From assembly GCA_003427395.1 (NCBI GenBank), contig BFEA01000027.1:2024015-2088014 (forward strand): 64,000 nt of DNA, given 5' to 3'. The stretch comes from Chara braunii. Its lineage: Eukaryota > Plantae > Charophyceae. The position numbers and the translations under genes are program-made. Below the pieces are notes generated by a model. It saw only the letters and a list, made by a program, of their open reading frames with translations. It was not told the DNA's origin and made no database searches. Below are positions 1 through 13,487 of this stretch, in pieces; position 1 is the stretch's first letter, and each line of letters opens with the position of its first letter.

Positions 1-351
1 CCCGGGTAATCAATGCTGGTGGAATCGAGTCTCCCAGAAGGTTTGTTTTATTTTCTTTCTATAACCTTACCCAAAGGCTGAGGGAGGTACTAGTTGTTAG
101 AAGTGGATATCTGGCGCCTGGTATTAGGGCGAAGAGGTCTCCTCCCCTCCCCTCCTGTAATTACTTGCACAGTCAATCCTCTGGATGCCAGAGTAATCAA
201 TGCTGGCAGGTTTTACACAACTTTCGCCTATTCACTCTGAACCCACTCTGTATTCATTCTGTAAAGGGACGCTGGACCCGTTTTCCAGCAGGTGATGCTC
301 CCCACCAATAGATGGAGTCTCTCCCCGGGTGCTAGTGGTGTCTGATCTTGT
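1..351 (+). mobile_element. L1-like LINE 3' UTR/tail, left part (continues at 20733-20809)
   Basis: Has the shared tail motif GGGACGCTGGACCCGTTTTCCAGC...GATGGAG (266-319) and the CAGTCAAT..hairpin..AATCAATGCTGG motif (170-210), as in the L1 tail at 41480-41727. Its remainder (TCAGCACCACTAGCAC + polyA) resumes after 20732. Confidence 0.85.
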
Positions 352-1409
352 TGTGACGAACCACTTTCTGTAACGCGCGATTTTCTGCGCGGTTGCAATG
401 AGGGGTCCTAAGCTGGGAAGATTGGGCCAATTACGGGGGATTGGGATCGGTGGAGAATTGCATCAGTGTCCTCGCTTTTTCGTCCTTTTTCGTCGTTTCT
501 TTTTCGAATGGCCGGGCATGGGGTCAGGTGTGTCTTGGGACGGCCGGTTGATTGATTGGTCGGATGGTTGTCTGGCGTGACGCCATGCGCGCGCGCGATT
601 GATAAATGTTGTCGTCGTTTCTTTTGGTTCGGTTTTCGATCTTTTGGGCGCGGACATCGCGCGGAAAATTGCTTCGTTCTTTTTTTGAAATTCCTCTTGA
701 ATCTTTTTCGAATTTTGTCGAGCCCCCAATGGCTTTCGAAATTTCGGACTTTCCTTCTGGAATTCGAGCTTTTTGCTTTTTCGCATTAGATAGGAATTTA
801 GGAATTCAGTAATTAGGATTTTTTCTGCCGCGCGGCGCCTTTTGCTTACGCGCTTCTTCATGCGGCTGCAACGGTACTCTGATTAGTGGGCGCCCTTAAT
901 CGTATGTGTAACTGTAATTTTCGGCGGGCGCCATTGTAACTGTATCTCTCTTCTTGCACTTCGTCTCTCCCGCCCTCACTCTCTTTCTTTTGCTGAAATT
1001 TTGTAAGTCGCGGCTTGCATGCTCGGATCGATGCGTGGAGAAGGGTTACGTCCCCCACGCCGCGGTCGATCATGCAGAGCGCAGACGTTCCCTCTCTAAA
1101 TCTCACTCTAAGTCCTGGTAATTCCGTGTTCTTCGCGCATGCATGCACGCTATAAATTCCGGCTGCGCGATAAGTCAGCTCTCTTAACCCATCGTTGGAA
1201 GCTCGGGGTTGTGCGATCAAGAAGGGTCGGCACACGAGCGAAGTAAGAGGTGAGTAGAGTAGGAGTTGGGCGACCCGACGGGCTGGTGCCGAACGCACGG
1301 GATTGACGTGGGCCACGACTAACTGTGGGCACGGGCGAATACAACTGGTGCGGGAGGACTAAGCAGGGTGACAACTTCGTGGGTTGGTGCGTGACGACGG
1401 ACTGTCCGC

Positions 1410-1449
<40 letters not shown>

Positions 1450-2472
1450 TTAAGGTTGATAGACGCGAATTTGCTGTTTTCTTGTCTCTTCCCCCTCTTC
1501 ACCTGTGTACATACATTTTGATTGCGGCTCCGGGCGGTTTGCCCATTCTTATTTCCGTTTCGACTTTCTGAAATCTGGGCTTGGGTTTTTGCTCACACTT
1601 GTCTTTGCTATGTCCGTCCCGATTGCATTATGTGTATGATTATCGAATGAATGGATGTATGAATGTGTGGATGTGTGGACGTTATGCCTGCTTGTATATC
1701 TTTTTGCTAAGAACCTCTGTCCTTGCTTTTTGTTTGTAACAAATTTTTGCCCACACCTGAGGCAGTTGTAGGTGGGACGAGGATCCAGCGCCGATAGCGA
1801 TTTTGTCCTCGTTTTTGCTTATCTCGCGATGGGGGTTGTGATATGGTTGCATCTTGCATAATCCGAAGCAATTACACGATCCGAGGTCTGGCTCCGCGAA
1901 CGCCGCGCGAAAACACGTGTAAACGCGGTCCGAGTCGCGCCCTTACACGCATTCCTGTACGTCGATTCGCCCAACCAAAAAGATTTGCGGCGGAACCGTC
2001 ATCACGTGCGAGCACGCCGAGGCGTCACTGAGTCTGCCTGTCCTGCACCTGCTCATGCGCGGTGACGATATCCCGACCCGAGCTATCCCATCGACGATGA
2101 TACCATGACGCGATCTTGGAGCTCAGACTCGTCCTACGACCCGGACTATTTCACCCCTATGATAAACAAGCTCATAAGGACGTGATACCTCTGTCACACG
2201 GAGAATCGGCTATGTCCGCGGGAATTCCACTGCGCTACCTCTAGCGACCCTCGGTGCTCCGATTTCCCTTCTCCCGACCACACCTACCACTTCACCCACC
2301 CGGGATTTGTTCTCATCACCACCAGTTTCCCTCCTTTCCGCCTTCTTCTCCCGTATCATCAACTCAGTGTTGTTTCGTGGCCGGCCATAGCCCCCTATTG
2401 GCCCAATACATTGTCGACCGGCTGAAGGGGTCTGCCGGCACGCCGTCCGAACCCTATGCCTCGCACCGCATC
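352..2472. mobile_element. Solo LTR of family X, left part (split by the nested Gypsy)
   Basis: Begins TGTGACG; the partner part ends CGTCACA at 20732 (7-bp inverted termini). Flanks TTGT/TTCT are a near-perfect 4-bp TSD. Reverse complement aligns with 61480-63565. Confidence 0.75.
1414..1449. repeat. (GA)n microsatellite in LTR X
   Basis: Direct reading; equivalent to the (CT)n at 62765-62837. Confidence 0.95.
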
Positions 2473-2879
2473 TGTCACCCGTGGGAGGGTTGGTCGGGGC
2501 TCCTGTAACCTGCACAAAACAAGTCAGTCCACATCAACAAATACAAGTATCGTAGCCGACCGTGACCAATGCAAGAAGAAACTCACGAAACATTGTCTGG
2601 CAGAAATAACAGAAGTAGTTTCATTCAATCCAAAACAATAGGATGGGAAACACTCGTCCCGGCCTCAGCCGTACACCTCGCTCCTGTGTCTGGAAAGTCT
2701 GTCTGAGTCCCTACAGACCTAGTCAACAAACGTCGTCTAATCCTCCTCCCAATTAGGTGACGGCTGTAACGCGCTCGTCGATCCCAAGGAGTAGTGCTCG
2801 AACTCTCAGTGTCGGAAGTAGCCTCCCTCGCCCATCGGGGCCAAAGCTCCAGATCCACCGTGACCATAGTTCGGGTGGT

Positions 2880-3600
2880 GCCCCCTCCGAAGGCCTGCTT
2901 CACGAAAGTACCCGCTCGAGAAGCCCCCTTCGGACGTACCCCTTCGGAAAGCCCTCTTCACGAAAGTACCCCCTCGAGAAGCCCCCTTCGGACGTACCCA
3001 TTCGGAAAGCCCGCTTCACGAAAGTACCTCTTCGGGATATTATCCCCCCCTCGGTAAGATGCGGTGAAAGTGTCCGTCTGGTAAAGTACCCGTCCGGTAA
3101 GTGTGTCCGCCCGGTAAAGTATCTGCCCAGTAAGTGTATCCGCCCGGTAAAGTACCCGTCAGGTAAATGTGTCTGCCCAGTAAAGTACCCGTCCGGTAAG
3201 TATGTTCACCCGGTAAAGTACTCGTCAGGTAAAGGTGTCTGACCGGTAAAGTACGTCCAATCGTTAAAAATGGCCGCTCAGTAAAAAGTCTGTTCGGTAA
3301 AACACCCTCTTCGGTAAATGTGTCCCTTCACTAAAATACCCTTCCGCCGAGTGTCCCTCCGGTAGCGTACCCGTTCGGGAAGACAGCCCCCTCCATCGAG
3401 TGTCCCCGTCGAGTGTCCCCGTCGAGTGTCCCTCAGGTAGCGTACCCGTTCGGGAAGAAAGCCCCCTCCGTCGAGTGTCTCCGTCGAGTGTCCCTCAGGT
3501 AGCGTACCCGTTCGGGTAAAAGCCCCCTCCGTCGAGTGCTCTCGTCGAATGTCCCTCCGGTAGCGTACCCGCTCGGGTAAAAAAAAAAACCTCCGTCGAG
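2880..3600. repeat. Tandem minisatellites in LTR (~59-bp, ~30-bp and ~50-60-bp units)
   Basis: Repeated CCCTTCGGAAAGCCC...CACGAAAGTACCC, GGTAAAGTACCCGTC and GAGTGTCCCTCAGGTAGCGTACCCGTTCGGG units. Confidence 0.9.
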
Positions 3601-4039
3601 CCTGGTTCAGATAGCGTCCCTTCACGGGGCCAGACTAGTCTGGTTCCAGTTTTGTCCCAAAAGCCCTGTCTCGTCCCATGTCCCGATCCGCGCCCGATGG
3701 CCCCGGTCCGGTCCGATCTGGTGATCTGCTCCCCGTAACCTGGTTCGGCGAGATGGCCGATCTGTGCCCCGCAGCCCGGTTCTATTCAGAGACCCAAAGC
3801 CGCGTCCAAAGATGCCACCTTGCGTGCTGCCCACACGTTCCAGCTGCTTCCCTGTTCGTATGCCCACAGGCAAGGGGTGGTCGTGCTCAGTCGCGCGTTC
3901 GTGGGCGCGTGAGTGCGCGGTTGGCGCTCGTAGACGAAGGTAGCACCTCTGGGCCACTCTCCTCCTCCATACACTGATGCGCGCCGATGCGCGTAGAATC
4001 CCCTCCCCCGTGGCTCTCTCTCTCTTTCTCCAGCACGCT

Positions 4040-4910
4040 GATGTGCGAGGATGCGTGCTGGGTCCCCGTTGCTCTCTCTCTCCAATGAAGTGATGTGCGC
4101 GGACGCACGCTCGCTCCCCGCGCTCTCTCTCTCGAGTGAACTGATGCGAGCGGATGCACGCAGGATTCCCCTCCCCGAATCCGCTAGTGCGCGGGTGGCC
4201 ATGTTGCCTGTCCGCTGGTGCGCGAGTGCTCCCGCCCTCAGTCCGTTAGTGCGCGTGTCGGCACGCTGCCTGTCCGCATGTGCGCGGGTGCGCCCTCCCC
4301 TAATCCGCTAGTGCGCGGATGGCCGCGCTGCCAATCTCCAAGTGCGCGGGTGCTCCCGCCCTCGGTCCGTGAGTGCGCGGGTGATCGTGCAGCGTGTCCA
4401 CAGGTGCGCAAGTGCCCCCACCCCGAGTTCGCTAGAGCGCGGGTGACCGCGTTGCGTGTCCGCACGTGCGCGGTCGCTCCAGCCCCGGGTCCGCTAGTGC
4501 GAGGGTGACCGCGCTGCGTGTCCACAGGTGGGCGGGTGCTCCCGCCCCGAGTCCGCTAGTGTGCGGGTGACCGCGCTGCGTTTCCACAGGTGCGCGGGTG
4601 CACGTGCGCAGGTGCGTGAGCTGCGTGCCCAATCCGATGGTGCGCGCGTGCCCGCGCACAGGTGCATGAGCTGCGCGCCCGATCCGATAGTGCCCGAGTG
4701 CGCGGGCGGGGTTGCGCGCGGCTGCGCGCACGTGCGCCCGATCCCGACTGTGTGCGGCGAGGTTGCGCGCGGTTGCGCGCGGTTGCGCGCGGTTGCGCGC
4801 GGTTGCGCGCACGTGCGCCCGATCCCGGTTGTGCGCAGCTGCGCGCACGTGCGCCCGATCTCGACTGTGTGCGGACGGGGCTGCGCGCGGCTGCGCACAC
4901 GTGCGCCCGT
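4040..4910. repeat. CpG-rich degenerate tandem repeats in LTR, including a (GGTTGCGCGC)5 run
   Basis: Repeated CCGCTAGTGCGCGGGTGACCGCG units; 10-mer run at ~4761-4810. Confidence 0.9.
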
Positions 4911-5684
4911 GTGTGACTATCCACCTGTGTTACCTGGCTCTCCCCGTTCTTCGTGCGTGGTGCTCCCTCTCTCCTCCGTGCGCCTCCAACTCGTGCATGC
5001 GAGAAGTGTCCCGTGCCTAGGCCCAGTTCGGCTTATATGCTCTGCCGGGCCCTTCTCGGAGTGCAAGCCTTGGTCCTCGTGTGCTCTGTGGCAGCCGACA
5101 ACTTGCAGCGCCCCGGTACCGGGCCTGTGCCCGAGCCTGATTGGGCCTTCGAAAAGTTTCTGGCGAAAAGGGCTTCCCATCGGGAACTGAGCCCTTTGCA
5201 GCGCCCTGGTACCGCAACTGTTCCCGAGCCTGTCCCAGGCCTGCCCGGGCCTATGTGGTTCCCACACAGCTGCGGTGCCTCTCTTAGGGAAAATCCAGGC
5301 TGGGCCCCGTAAGTAAAAAAAAAAAAAACGGTCTCAAATCAATTGGGCCTAGGCGGACCCCTCGCCCTAGCGGAACCGCCCCTTCATAGGAAAATCCAAC
5401 CAGCCGAGTGGCCCCCTTGCCTGTGGCGCCCGCCTGCGTCATGGTCGGTGAGCCCCGGCTAGGTAAAGTAGCCCCCTTGATTGTACCATCGGTCTGCCCC
5501 GGTGTCGGCGAGTGTCGTCTCGTCGCACGATTGGTAAACAGTGGTGACCTCGATGGTCATGGTGTTGGTCTGCCTCATGGTCGGTGAACCCCGACCAGAT
5601 AGAATACTGTCGAGTGGAGTTGTTGTCGCGTGCCCTCTGAAAGGAAGTAAAGGGCGGCGTAGTATTGTAGCCGCCTGACAGCAG

Positions 5685-5703
5685 CCCCCCCCCCCCCATT
5701 CTC
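5685..5703 (-). promoter_or_regulatory. Polypurine tract (PPT)
   Basis: Minus strand reads GAGAAT-G13-CTGC immediately before the LTR start TGTCA. Confidence 0.85.
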
Positions 5704-5804
5704 GACGTCCTCGACGAGCGAGTATTGGGATTTGAAGGGGGAAAATTTTGCAAAAGATGTACGACTCCTAATCTCTACCCATCAACCCAAGATCATCCTC
5801 TTTG

Positions 5805-8800
5805 TCATGCTCGAATGCCTTTCTTTTGTTTTTCCTTCCTGTTTGACTTTCTCTTAGTGAGCTTTGTTTTGACGCCTAAGCGTTTGTCTGGTGGAGTACA
5901 TCTAACATGTCGACGATGGTTTTTTGTTTTTTCTATTGTTAGGGCATTTCTGATGACTTGTTTAGCCTTTTTCTTCTTCTCCTTTTTAGTCGCTGCCAAC
6001 TTCTTGATGTCGGACTTCGTGCTCTTGGTGTGTTTCCGTTGGATATGTCGGACCCCTTGGAGTTTGTCTTGTGTCCTTTTTGAAGATCGCCTAGAGGACT
6101 CCGCTACTTGAGAAGTGGTTTGTGCCGTAGTCTCTGTTGTATGTCGATTAGAGGGCTCTCCTACTTCGGAGGTGGTTGGTGGTGTGGGTTCTTCTAAGGG
6201 TTGATCCTTCTTCTTACCTTTTTCTAGGTGCTTATGGACCTCATCCTTTTGCCTGATTTTTCCCGTACGTGGAATAGCCTCTGTTCGGTCTTTAAATATT
6301 TTAAGACGGGCTCCAAACACCGGTTCCTTCCATCTTGTGCCGTCTACTTCCTCTATCAAGTAGTCTCCGCCTTCTAGTCTTTTGACCACTCTATAGGGCC
6401 CCATCCATCTGTTTGCTAGCTTCCCTGTCCATGTTCTCTCTAATGAGGAGTCATAGAGCAGGACGAGGCTCCCTGTAGGTATCCCTTCTTGCCTGACGCA
6501 AAGGTTCCTATCCCATCTTTCTTTCTTTTTCCCTCTTTGGATCTTTAATTTGTCTATGGTGTCTAGGATGTTATCCTGAAGAGTTTCGGCTATTTGTTTG
6601 ATTTTTGCGGCCAACAACTGTTGTCTAGTGGAGATCTCTTCCCGGTCAATCGTTTGCCAAGAGTCGATATGAAATTCTATAGGTAAAGGACAATGGCGTC
6701 CAAACCATAACGTATAGGGCGGGTATCCTGTAGTCGAGCGAACCGTAATGTTATCTGCCCAGACGGCGAATCTCAAATATTTTGGTCAGTTCTTCTTCTT
6801 TCCTTCGCACCATTTAGCGAGCGCGTTGACTAGAGACTGGTGCCCTCATTTTACAGGAGCGTTAGTTTGAGGATGATATGCTGTGGATAGCGACATTCAT
6901 ATTCCCTCTCTTTGGAGCAATTCTTGGACTTCCTTAGCCATAAACTCTGATCCCCTATCCATGACAATTTTTCCAACGCAGCCGTAGCGAATGATATATT
7001 CAGTCAAATAGTCGCTAACTGCTTTACCTGTTTTTTTACGTAGTAGTCATGCCTCCACGAATCCAGTCAAGTCGTCTCTAATGTCCATGATGTAATTCAT
7101 TCCGCCTTCTCCCTTTGACATTTTAACTAGGTCTACGTGCACCTTCTGGCCTATTGTTGTGGGATAGGAACGAAATAAGGGTTCTTTATATTTAACTACC
7201 GCTGTCTTCTGGCATTCCACACATGTCAGACAGTATGATTCTACGTCCTTATATAGGCCGTCCCACCAGTAGAGGTTCCTAATTTTTTCAAAAGTTCCTT
7301 TTACTCCTCTATGTCCTCCGACGATGCCATCGTGAAGTTCCGCTATTATCTCTCGGCGCTCGTCCTCATCACAGACCACTCTCATTAGCATTCCATTTTT
7401 AGGTGGTCTCTTAAAGAGGTGTTCTGCCTTGAGACAATATTGTTGAACTTCCTTCCTAAGCTTGTCATCTAATTCGATTTCTCCTATAAGATAATGCCCT
7501 ATCTTATGGTATTTGCCAATGTATAGATTTTCAAGAAATAAGGAAGTTCCTCCTGCAGCGGACTCTATTTTTAAGGAGCTTATGTCCATTTGTAAAAATT
7601 TGTCAATACCACTAGGCGACCCTAGATCTCCTTCTTCTAGAGGGATTCGCGAGAGACCATCAGCAACTAAGTTCTTAGCTCCGGATATTCGCTCTACTAT
7701 GTAATCAAACATCCTTATATGCATGAACCATCTCGTGACCGTTGAATCTGTCAATGAGAAGTCTTTTTGTAAGACAGCTGCCACTGCCGTCGGATCGACC
7801 CGCAGTATGAATCTTCGCCCGTAAATATAATGTCGAAAAATATTTAAACAATGTAAGACTCCTATAACTTCTTTCTTAAATTGTGAGTAGTTCCTTTCGG
7901 TGACGTTTAAGGTTTTACTTTCGAATCTGAGGGGCCTCTCATTGTCGGCCTGATTCTTTTGAGCTAAGACTCCACCAACAGAGGCAGGTCCCACGTCCGT
8001 ACATACGACGAATGGCCGATTTTTCTCGTCCTCGAAGTAAGGTACCCCAAGAACTTGACCTCCTTCCTTAAACTCATCTTTTAACGTTCTTACTGTATCC
8101 TCTTGTTCACTCGTCTATTGTCATTCTACTCCCTTGCGCAAGAGCTTTCGAAGGGGTTCGACCTTTGCAGCATAGCCTTTTATGAAATTCCTCCAGAATC
8201 CGACAACTCCTAGAAACTGGCGTATGTCAGTAATATGTCTGAGGGGTGTTGGCCATTTCATAAGTTTTTCTAGCTTTGCCGGATTTGGGCGTCTGCCATC
8301 CTTGTCGCAGATGTAACCTAATATCTTTATAGAGGATACCGCTTGTTTTTTATTCCACTGACCGTAAGGTTTGCATCCTCTAACTTCACTAATACTTTCT
8401 TTATATCTTCTGCGCGGGTGGCTACGAACTTTCTCACTCCAGGTCTTACCTCTGTTTCATCTTTGTCGTATGGTCCTTTGATCGGGAAGTCGTCCAGGAA
8501 AACCTCTACCAGATTTGGTATGAGCTCCCCTAAAACGGTGACCATCGCTCTCTGAAAGACAGCGACACCGTTAGCCCATCTCATGAGTACCACCATCATT
8601 TGAACTAAGCTTAATGGTGTATGCATCGCAGTTAGATGTCGATCTCTGTAGTCTAGCGGTATCTCATCATATCCTGAAAAAAAATAGCAGGCTGAATAAA
8701 TCAAACGTCCTGCTGAGCCTTCGGATAGAAGATCCGCGTTTGGGATTGATCCAACGTCTCTCACTGTGACCTTGTTTGTCTTCTGTAAGTCCTGTATCCA

Positions 8801-9319
8801 TCGTAGTTTGCCGTTTGATTTTCTTATGAAGAACCGGCGATTGGCGTAGGCGCTCTCACAAGGTTCCGCTACAAATGTCTTTATCTTCTCCTTCAGGAAG
8901 TCTACTATCATCTTTTTTTCCTTTTGCACACACTTACATTCTGCATCGTTCCATGGAGTGTGAGGGACTGTATAGATTCTTGCAGGTTTAACATATCGTG
9001 GATCTATTCGCCCTCTTTCTGCGTCACAAAAGGTTACTGCCTTGTTGCATGATCTTAATGTTTCTATTATGAGTTCTCTCTCCTTTTGCGTTACGTTTCC
9101 GTCACCTATATCCATTTCCTTTAACCTGTCTTCAGTGATTCTCCGCCCTTCAGTGGCCTTTCGTTCCCGGATCATCTGCGTAATTTCTTCTTCAGTGATC
9201 CTTATTTCCCCGGTCCTATCATGGCTAACCGCGGCTGGCTTGACTTTTTGGGCTACAGTTTTGTATCTCTTTCCCCCGCCGTGTGGGGGAATTCCTCCAA
9301 AAAAGAAAGGTTTATACAT
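5805..9319 (-). pseudogene. pol: Gypsy pol: reverse transcriptase, RNase H, integrase (disrupted)
   Basis: RT FLDD motif and GYDEIPL; RNase H GPASVGGVLAQ...NYSQFKKE...ADGLSR; integrase HHCC (HDGIVGGH...CVEC), VHVDLV, DRGSEF, YHPQTN and the WMGPY module. Frameshift near 8340 and stops at ~7047 and ~6790-6850. Confidence 0.93.
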
Positions 9320-11916
9320 CCACTGAATTCCTTGTCGTCAGCCTCTTTCTCATAAACTGTTCTGTCTACGACATACTTAGTTTCTAGGTCCTCAACGTCA
9401 ATCTTTTTTCCTCTTACTTTATGCGGTCCTAGTGTAAGGTCTTCAGATACTATTTTGCAACTTCTTGTGTTCAGTTGTCCTTTGTTTTGCAATGAGATCT
9501 TGTGACGGTTATCAAATTCATTCACGGTTTTCAAGGTAAGCCTGCTACCTTGAGGTCCATCGATGGTAACCGTCTGACTTCCGTCTCGTTTATTTTCGGT
9601 GGTGGCATTTACCCGTGTCAGCCATGTTCTTCCAAGAATTATTTCTGACGAGCAGTTCTCAACTGTAAAGACGGGCACAGTGACCTCAACTCCAGCAACC
9701 ACTATCTTGGCTTTGTGGCATACCCCGANCNCAGGTTGCTTGAGTTTGTTAGCGGNTATCATGGTCATAGCTACACTCCTGTCTACCTCTAAGCCAAGGT
9801 TTCTGGCCACCTTGTCCTCACAAACGGTGGACTCGGACCCGTCGTCGACTATAGCCTCCATCCCTATGCCATTGACTCTGACATTGAGTTTTGCACTAGC
9901 AAGGACGTAACAGTAGTTGCTTCCGCCTTCACTGGTTTGTACTGGTGTGTCTCCTTCGGTTAGTGCCGTTAGGACTGAGGTTTTCACCTCCTCCTTCTGT
10001 TGTCCAGAAGTTGTCTCTTGTAGCGGTACTTTAGTTTTCCTCATCATGCCTATTAATTCATCCCTTGTCGGGCCACAGCCTGCTATGAATTCCTTGAGGG
10101 TGATAGGAATTGGCATATTCATAGCCCTTCTTAAAGGTTCTCGTAAATCGACTTCGTCTAGCGAGCTTTTAAGGTGGAACTTCTTGGCTGCTCGTTTTCT
10201 AGGGAATTGTGGTGACTTGGGCGACTCAATTTGGTCGTCTGTCATAGGTTGATCTTGATCCTCTTTCTTTGTGTTGCTTGACTCGCCGACCCCGCCGATG
10301 TCGTGGGTACGTACGTAGACTTCTCAATTATTTTCAGCCTCCTCAAACTTAATGGATGAAATTCTTATACCTGGGCTTTCTGGTGGTTCGTCGAAGTCAT
10401 CTTCGAAAGTGACTCGGGAGATTTTGGCTGGTAATTGATCCTCGGATTGCTTACCCTTTGCTTCATTCATCCTCCTCCTTCGGATGTCTACATTAATCTT
10501 CATCGAGGGTAGGAAGGGTACCGGTTTGCCTTCATTTGCCCAAATGACGTATTTTTGATCGTCGAGTTCAATGATCCCTTCTTTTAGTGCATCTAACATT
10601 GCTTGGCAATCTCTTTTGCGGTGGTCTTCGTCTCTGCATTATATACATGCTTTATCATTCCACGTTCGCTTTGGGCTAGGGTCGGTTTTGTCGCGCGTGG
10701 CTTGGACAGAGTTTTCCTCCTTTCTTTGGTTATTACTTTGCAATCTCTCTACTGCCGCATTTAGTACTTTTATCTGTCTTGCCATCTCCTCTTCTCGTCT
10801 GTCTGGTCTTTTTGCTTTTATCTCATCTCTTGGCTTCCACCTGTTATCCTTTGTATTTGACCACTTGGAGGTTCCTCATTCCGCGTCGTTTCTTTTCCAG
10901 TCACTCCTGTTTCCTTTCCTCCATTCGCCCTCATTTTTGGTTGTATCCCCTCTTCTAGGTGAGCTCGCGTAGGTGTCCCTTCCTTCGGTTTTGGGTCTCC
11001 TATCCTCGAATTGCGATTTTCCTCCTCCCTTTTCTGTGGTTACGCCTTTTCCTAGGTTGTCAAGAACCCTCGCGAGGTGTGCTTTCGCGCTTTGGCCTTC
11101 GGTGTCATGGGTTAAAGTTTTGACTTGGCTGAACGTTACCTTAGAGGGAAGATCCCTCATAATCTTGTCTCGCTTTTCTCGAGACAAAAATCCTAGGAAT
11201 ATTCCGCACCTTTCTATTTCGCTCATAAATTCACCTTCTACTAGAGGGTTCGAAGCCTTTTCATATCTCCTTGCGAATGCTACTAGACTCTCATCGTCCT
11301 GTTTTTTTATTTCTTTTAGATCTTCTATTGAATAGGATGTTTCATGCCATGCGAAGATTCTTGTAATCCGTTCTTTGAATATTAACCAACGCCAACTGTC
11401 CGGAATGGCTTCTCTAACTTCGCGATCTATCTTGGGGGTTGTGTGGTGGAGTAGATTTATAATCATCTCCTGATCGCTCCATTCCGCTCTCATCCCCAGT
11501 ACCTCCCAGTCGTCTAAAAATTCTAAAACATTCTTTCATGTGAAGATTGTTTGGATTCCGGACAGTGTCGGTAATTGGAAGGCTTGTGCTCCCAGAAAGG
11601 GGGATATGTAAGAGTCTGGTGCATATGCCATTCTGTAAGGTTGGCTCGTGGTTTCCCTATATGGTTCTCTTGTAACGGGATCCGAGAATCGGGCTACTCT
11701 ATTTTTGTTTATAACGTCTTTCCTCCACCCTTCACTCTTAGAAGTGCGTTCCTCGAGTTCTGTGGCTGTAGTTTCTAACTCTTTTAGGGCCTTGCTCAAA
11801 TTTTTGGCGTCCTTTGTGACATCAGTTGTCATTTTCCTAACTGGGGTGCTCATCCTTGATTCTTGTGTTTTGACTTCGCCGCCTATCGAAGATAGATAGA
11901 CTCCTTCCGCATCCAT
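9253..11916 (-). pseudogene. gag: Gypsy gag + aspartic protease (one frame, several premature stops)
   Basis: ORFs starting 11916, 11493, 10599 and 10245 share one frame. Motifs: F-x-x-KNVLEFLDDWE, zinc knuckle CI*CRDEDHRKRDC (~10605-10650), protease AIVDDGSE. Confidence 0.88.
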
Positions 11917-11925
11917 ATTTTTTTC

Positions 11926-12428
11926 TCACTCTTCCAAAAGTTGATCCAAGGCAACTTTAACTCTTTCCGTCGATTCTTCTAGTAGCTCTTGCAATGTGTT
12001 GAAGTCTTCGTCTTTCCCTTCAGCTTTGACGACTAAGGCGGTAGCTAAAACGGTTTGTAAGTAGCGTGAGTTGGCCTCCAACGTATTTAGGGATATGCCA
12101 TCAACTATTACGTTGGCGAGTTCTCCTAGAGCTCGAGCGTCCTCTCTTAATTTTTCTACAGATGTGGCTATCGTTTCTCTCCAGGTGCGTGGGATTGTTT
12201 GTCCGCTAGGGTTTACAGTGAGGATTTGTATTCTTACGAGAAAAAGCTCTCCTGCAGCGTTCCAGATGACACACTTCCTGACTTCTATTACTGCTTTTGT
12301 GGCGCACTCGTTTTCCTCTTCTTGGCTTAATTGCTCATTATGTACTGCTTCCACCACGACTCGTACTAAGGACCCTTCTGTTTCTGCTCTGCCTGAGATA
12401 CTAAATTTTTGCCTTCTAGGTTCGACAT
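11926..12428 (-). pseudogene. Accessory ORF I, unknown (family beta, paralog of ORF D); 1-nt frameshift near the N-terminus
   Basis: ATG at 12428 overlaps the previous stop (TAATG). Length 503 nt, one short of a codon multiple. Ends 9 nt before the gag ATG. Confidence 0.6.
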
Positions 12429-12948
12429 TAGTCCTTCCTTTGTTTGTTAGTGTCTTCTCGGTCTTGCTTCAGGCGTCTAGCAATGAAATCATTTCGCCAT
12501 CCTATAATGTTCTCCCTTTCTTCTCTATAGATTGCGACAAGACGTTCGATGTTTTTTTCCAGTCTATTTAAGTTGGCTTCGTCCGTAGAACCACGTCATT
12601 CATGGTATTTTGTTAGCGACTCTTCGACCTTCCTCTCAATTGGGTCTAAGTATACTTATAGGATGACATCAATTTTTGGATCTCTTCCCCGTACACGTGT
12701 GTTCGTGCTTCTTGAATTGCCTTTTCCTTCTCTATCTCGCACTTCATCCATCTCTCGACCCAGATTATCACACTGTAGGCTATGCGATTCTATGTTCTAA
12801 CTTGTGCTAGTGTCCTTGGTCTTTCGCGCTGTATAGCTTCTTGTGCTAATCGTCGACAATCTAATGTGTCTAGTGCTCTAGAGGTTTGGATCCGAATAAT
12901 GGAAGTTATAGTCCCTGCGAAGAATACCCGATTCACTTCCTCTTACAT
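12428..12948 (-). pseudogene. Accessory ORF H, unknown helical protein, decayed
   Basis: Protein-like frames (EEVNRVFFAGTITSIIRIQ...; YLDPIERKVEESL...RLEKNIERLVAIY) with stops and a frameshift. Confidence 0.45.
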
Positions 12949-12980
12949 CAGTTACTGCTCCCGGTATTATTGAGTTCGTT

Positions 12981-13409
12981 TTATGCCCTCTTCACTTTCC
13001 ATACGAGGTCTATTACGGCCGACCATTCATTGTTAGCGAGCGTAAGCCCTTCAACTGTTGGTGACGGTATTCCAATGAAAGGCCTAACGTAGGTACTCTA
13101 CGAGAAATTCGTCCTTAATTGTTGGAGTCTTCTCTTCTTGTCATGCACTATGTTCGAGGCCCGTTGCCAACAACGACCTTTTTCGTCTTCCTTAAACCTA
13201 TGTTGCGGCACGTATATTCCCACATTATACTCATCAAGGTTGATGAAGGACTAGGTGATGACATACATACCATCAATCCTCCATCCCTGACTTTTTAGAC
13301 CTTCGTATCTCACGATCTCATATGGGATCACTGCTCTCTTCGATATAGAGTTAAGGGAACGGACCAACTTCCTCGACTTCCCCTCATCTAGTTTCCTACA
13401 CCTCCTCAT
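12981..13409 (-). pseudogene. Accessory ORF G, unknown (family alpha), 142 codons with two internal TAG
   Basis: Manual translation ...IPYEIVRYE...MYVIT*SFINLDEYNVGIYVP...GRCWQRA...; aligns along its length with ORF E. Absent from the ORF track. Confidence 0.75.
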
Positions 13410-13487
13410 CCTTGGTGAAGTCCCCTAGCATGGCTTCTAATTCTGCTCTTGGTCTTGGAAGCGTTCTCTTTCTTGGTCTTCTTTGCA

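Larger units (their letters stand above)
2473..5680 (-). repeat. 3' LTR of the Gypsy element
   Basis: TGTCA...TGACA termini; colinear with 17220-20386; adjacent to the PPT. Confidence 0.9.

Noticed and set aside
266-345. Tail motif as a hammerhead or HDV-like ribozyme
   Set aside because: No conserved CUGANGA/GAAA core, and I could not build an HDV nested pseudoknot consistently across copies.
463-1316. Basic ORFs in LTR X
   Set aside because: Low-complexity K/R-rich translations with non-ATG starts; no equivalent ORF is evident in the 61-63.5 kb copy.
2880-3600. CRISPR-like repeat array
   Set aside because: Units are tandem with no unique spacers, lie inside an LTR, and there are no cas genes in this eukaryotic context.
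3600-5320. Many overlapping ORFs in the LTRs (also 18000-20000)
   Set aside because: Stop-poor GC-rich repeats are open in several frames on both strands, and frames are not conserved between the two LTRs.
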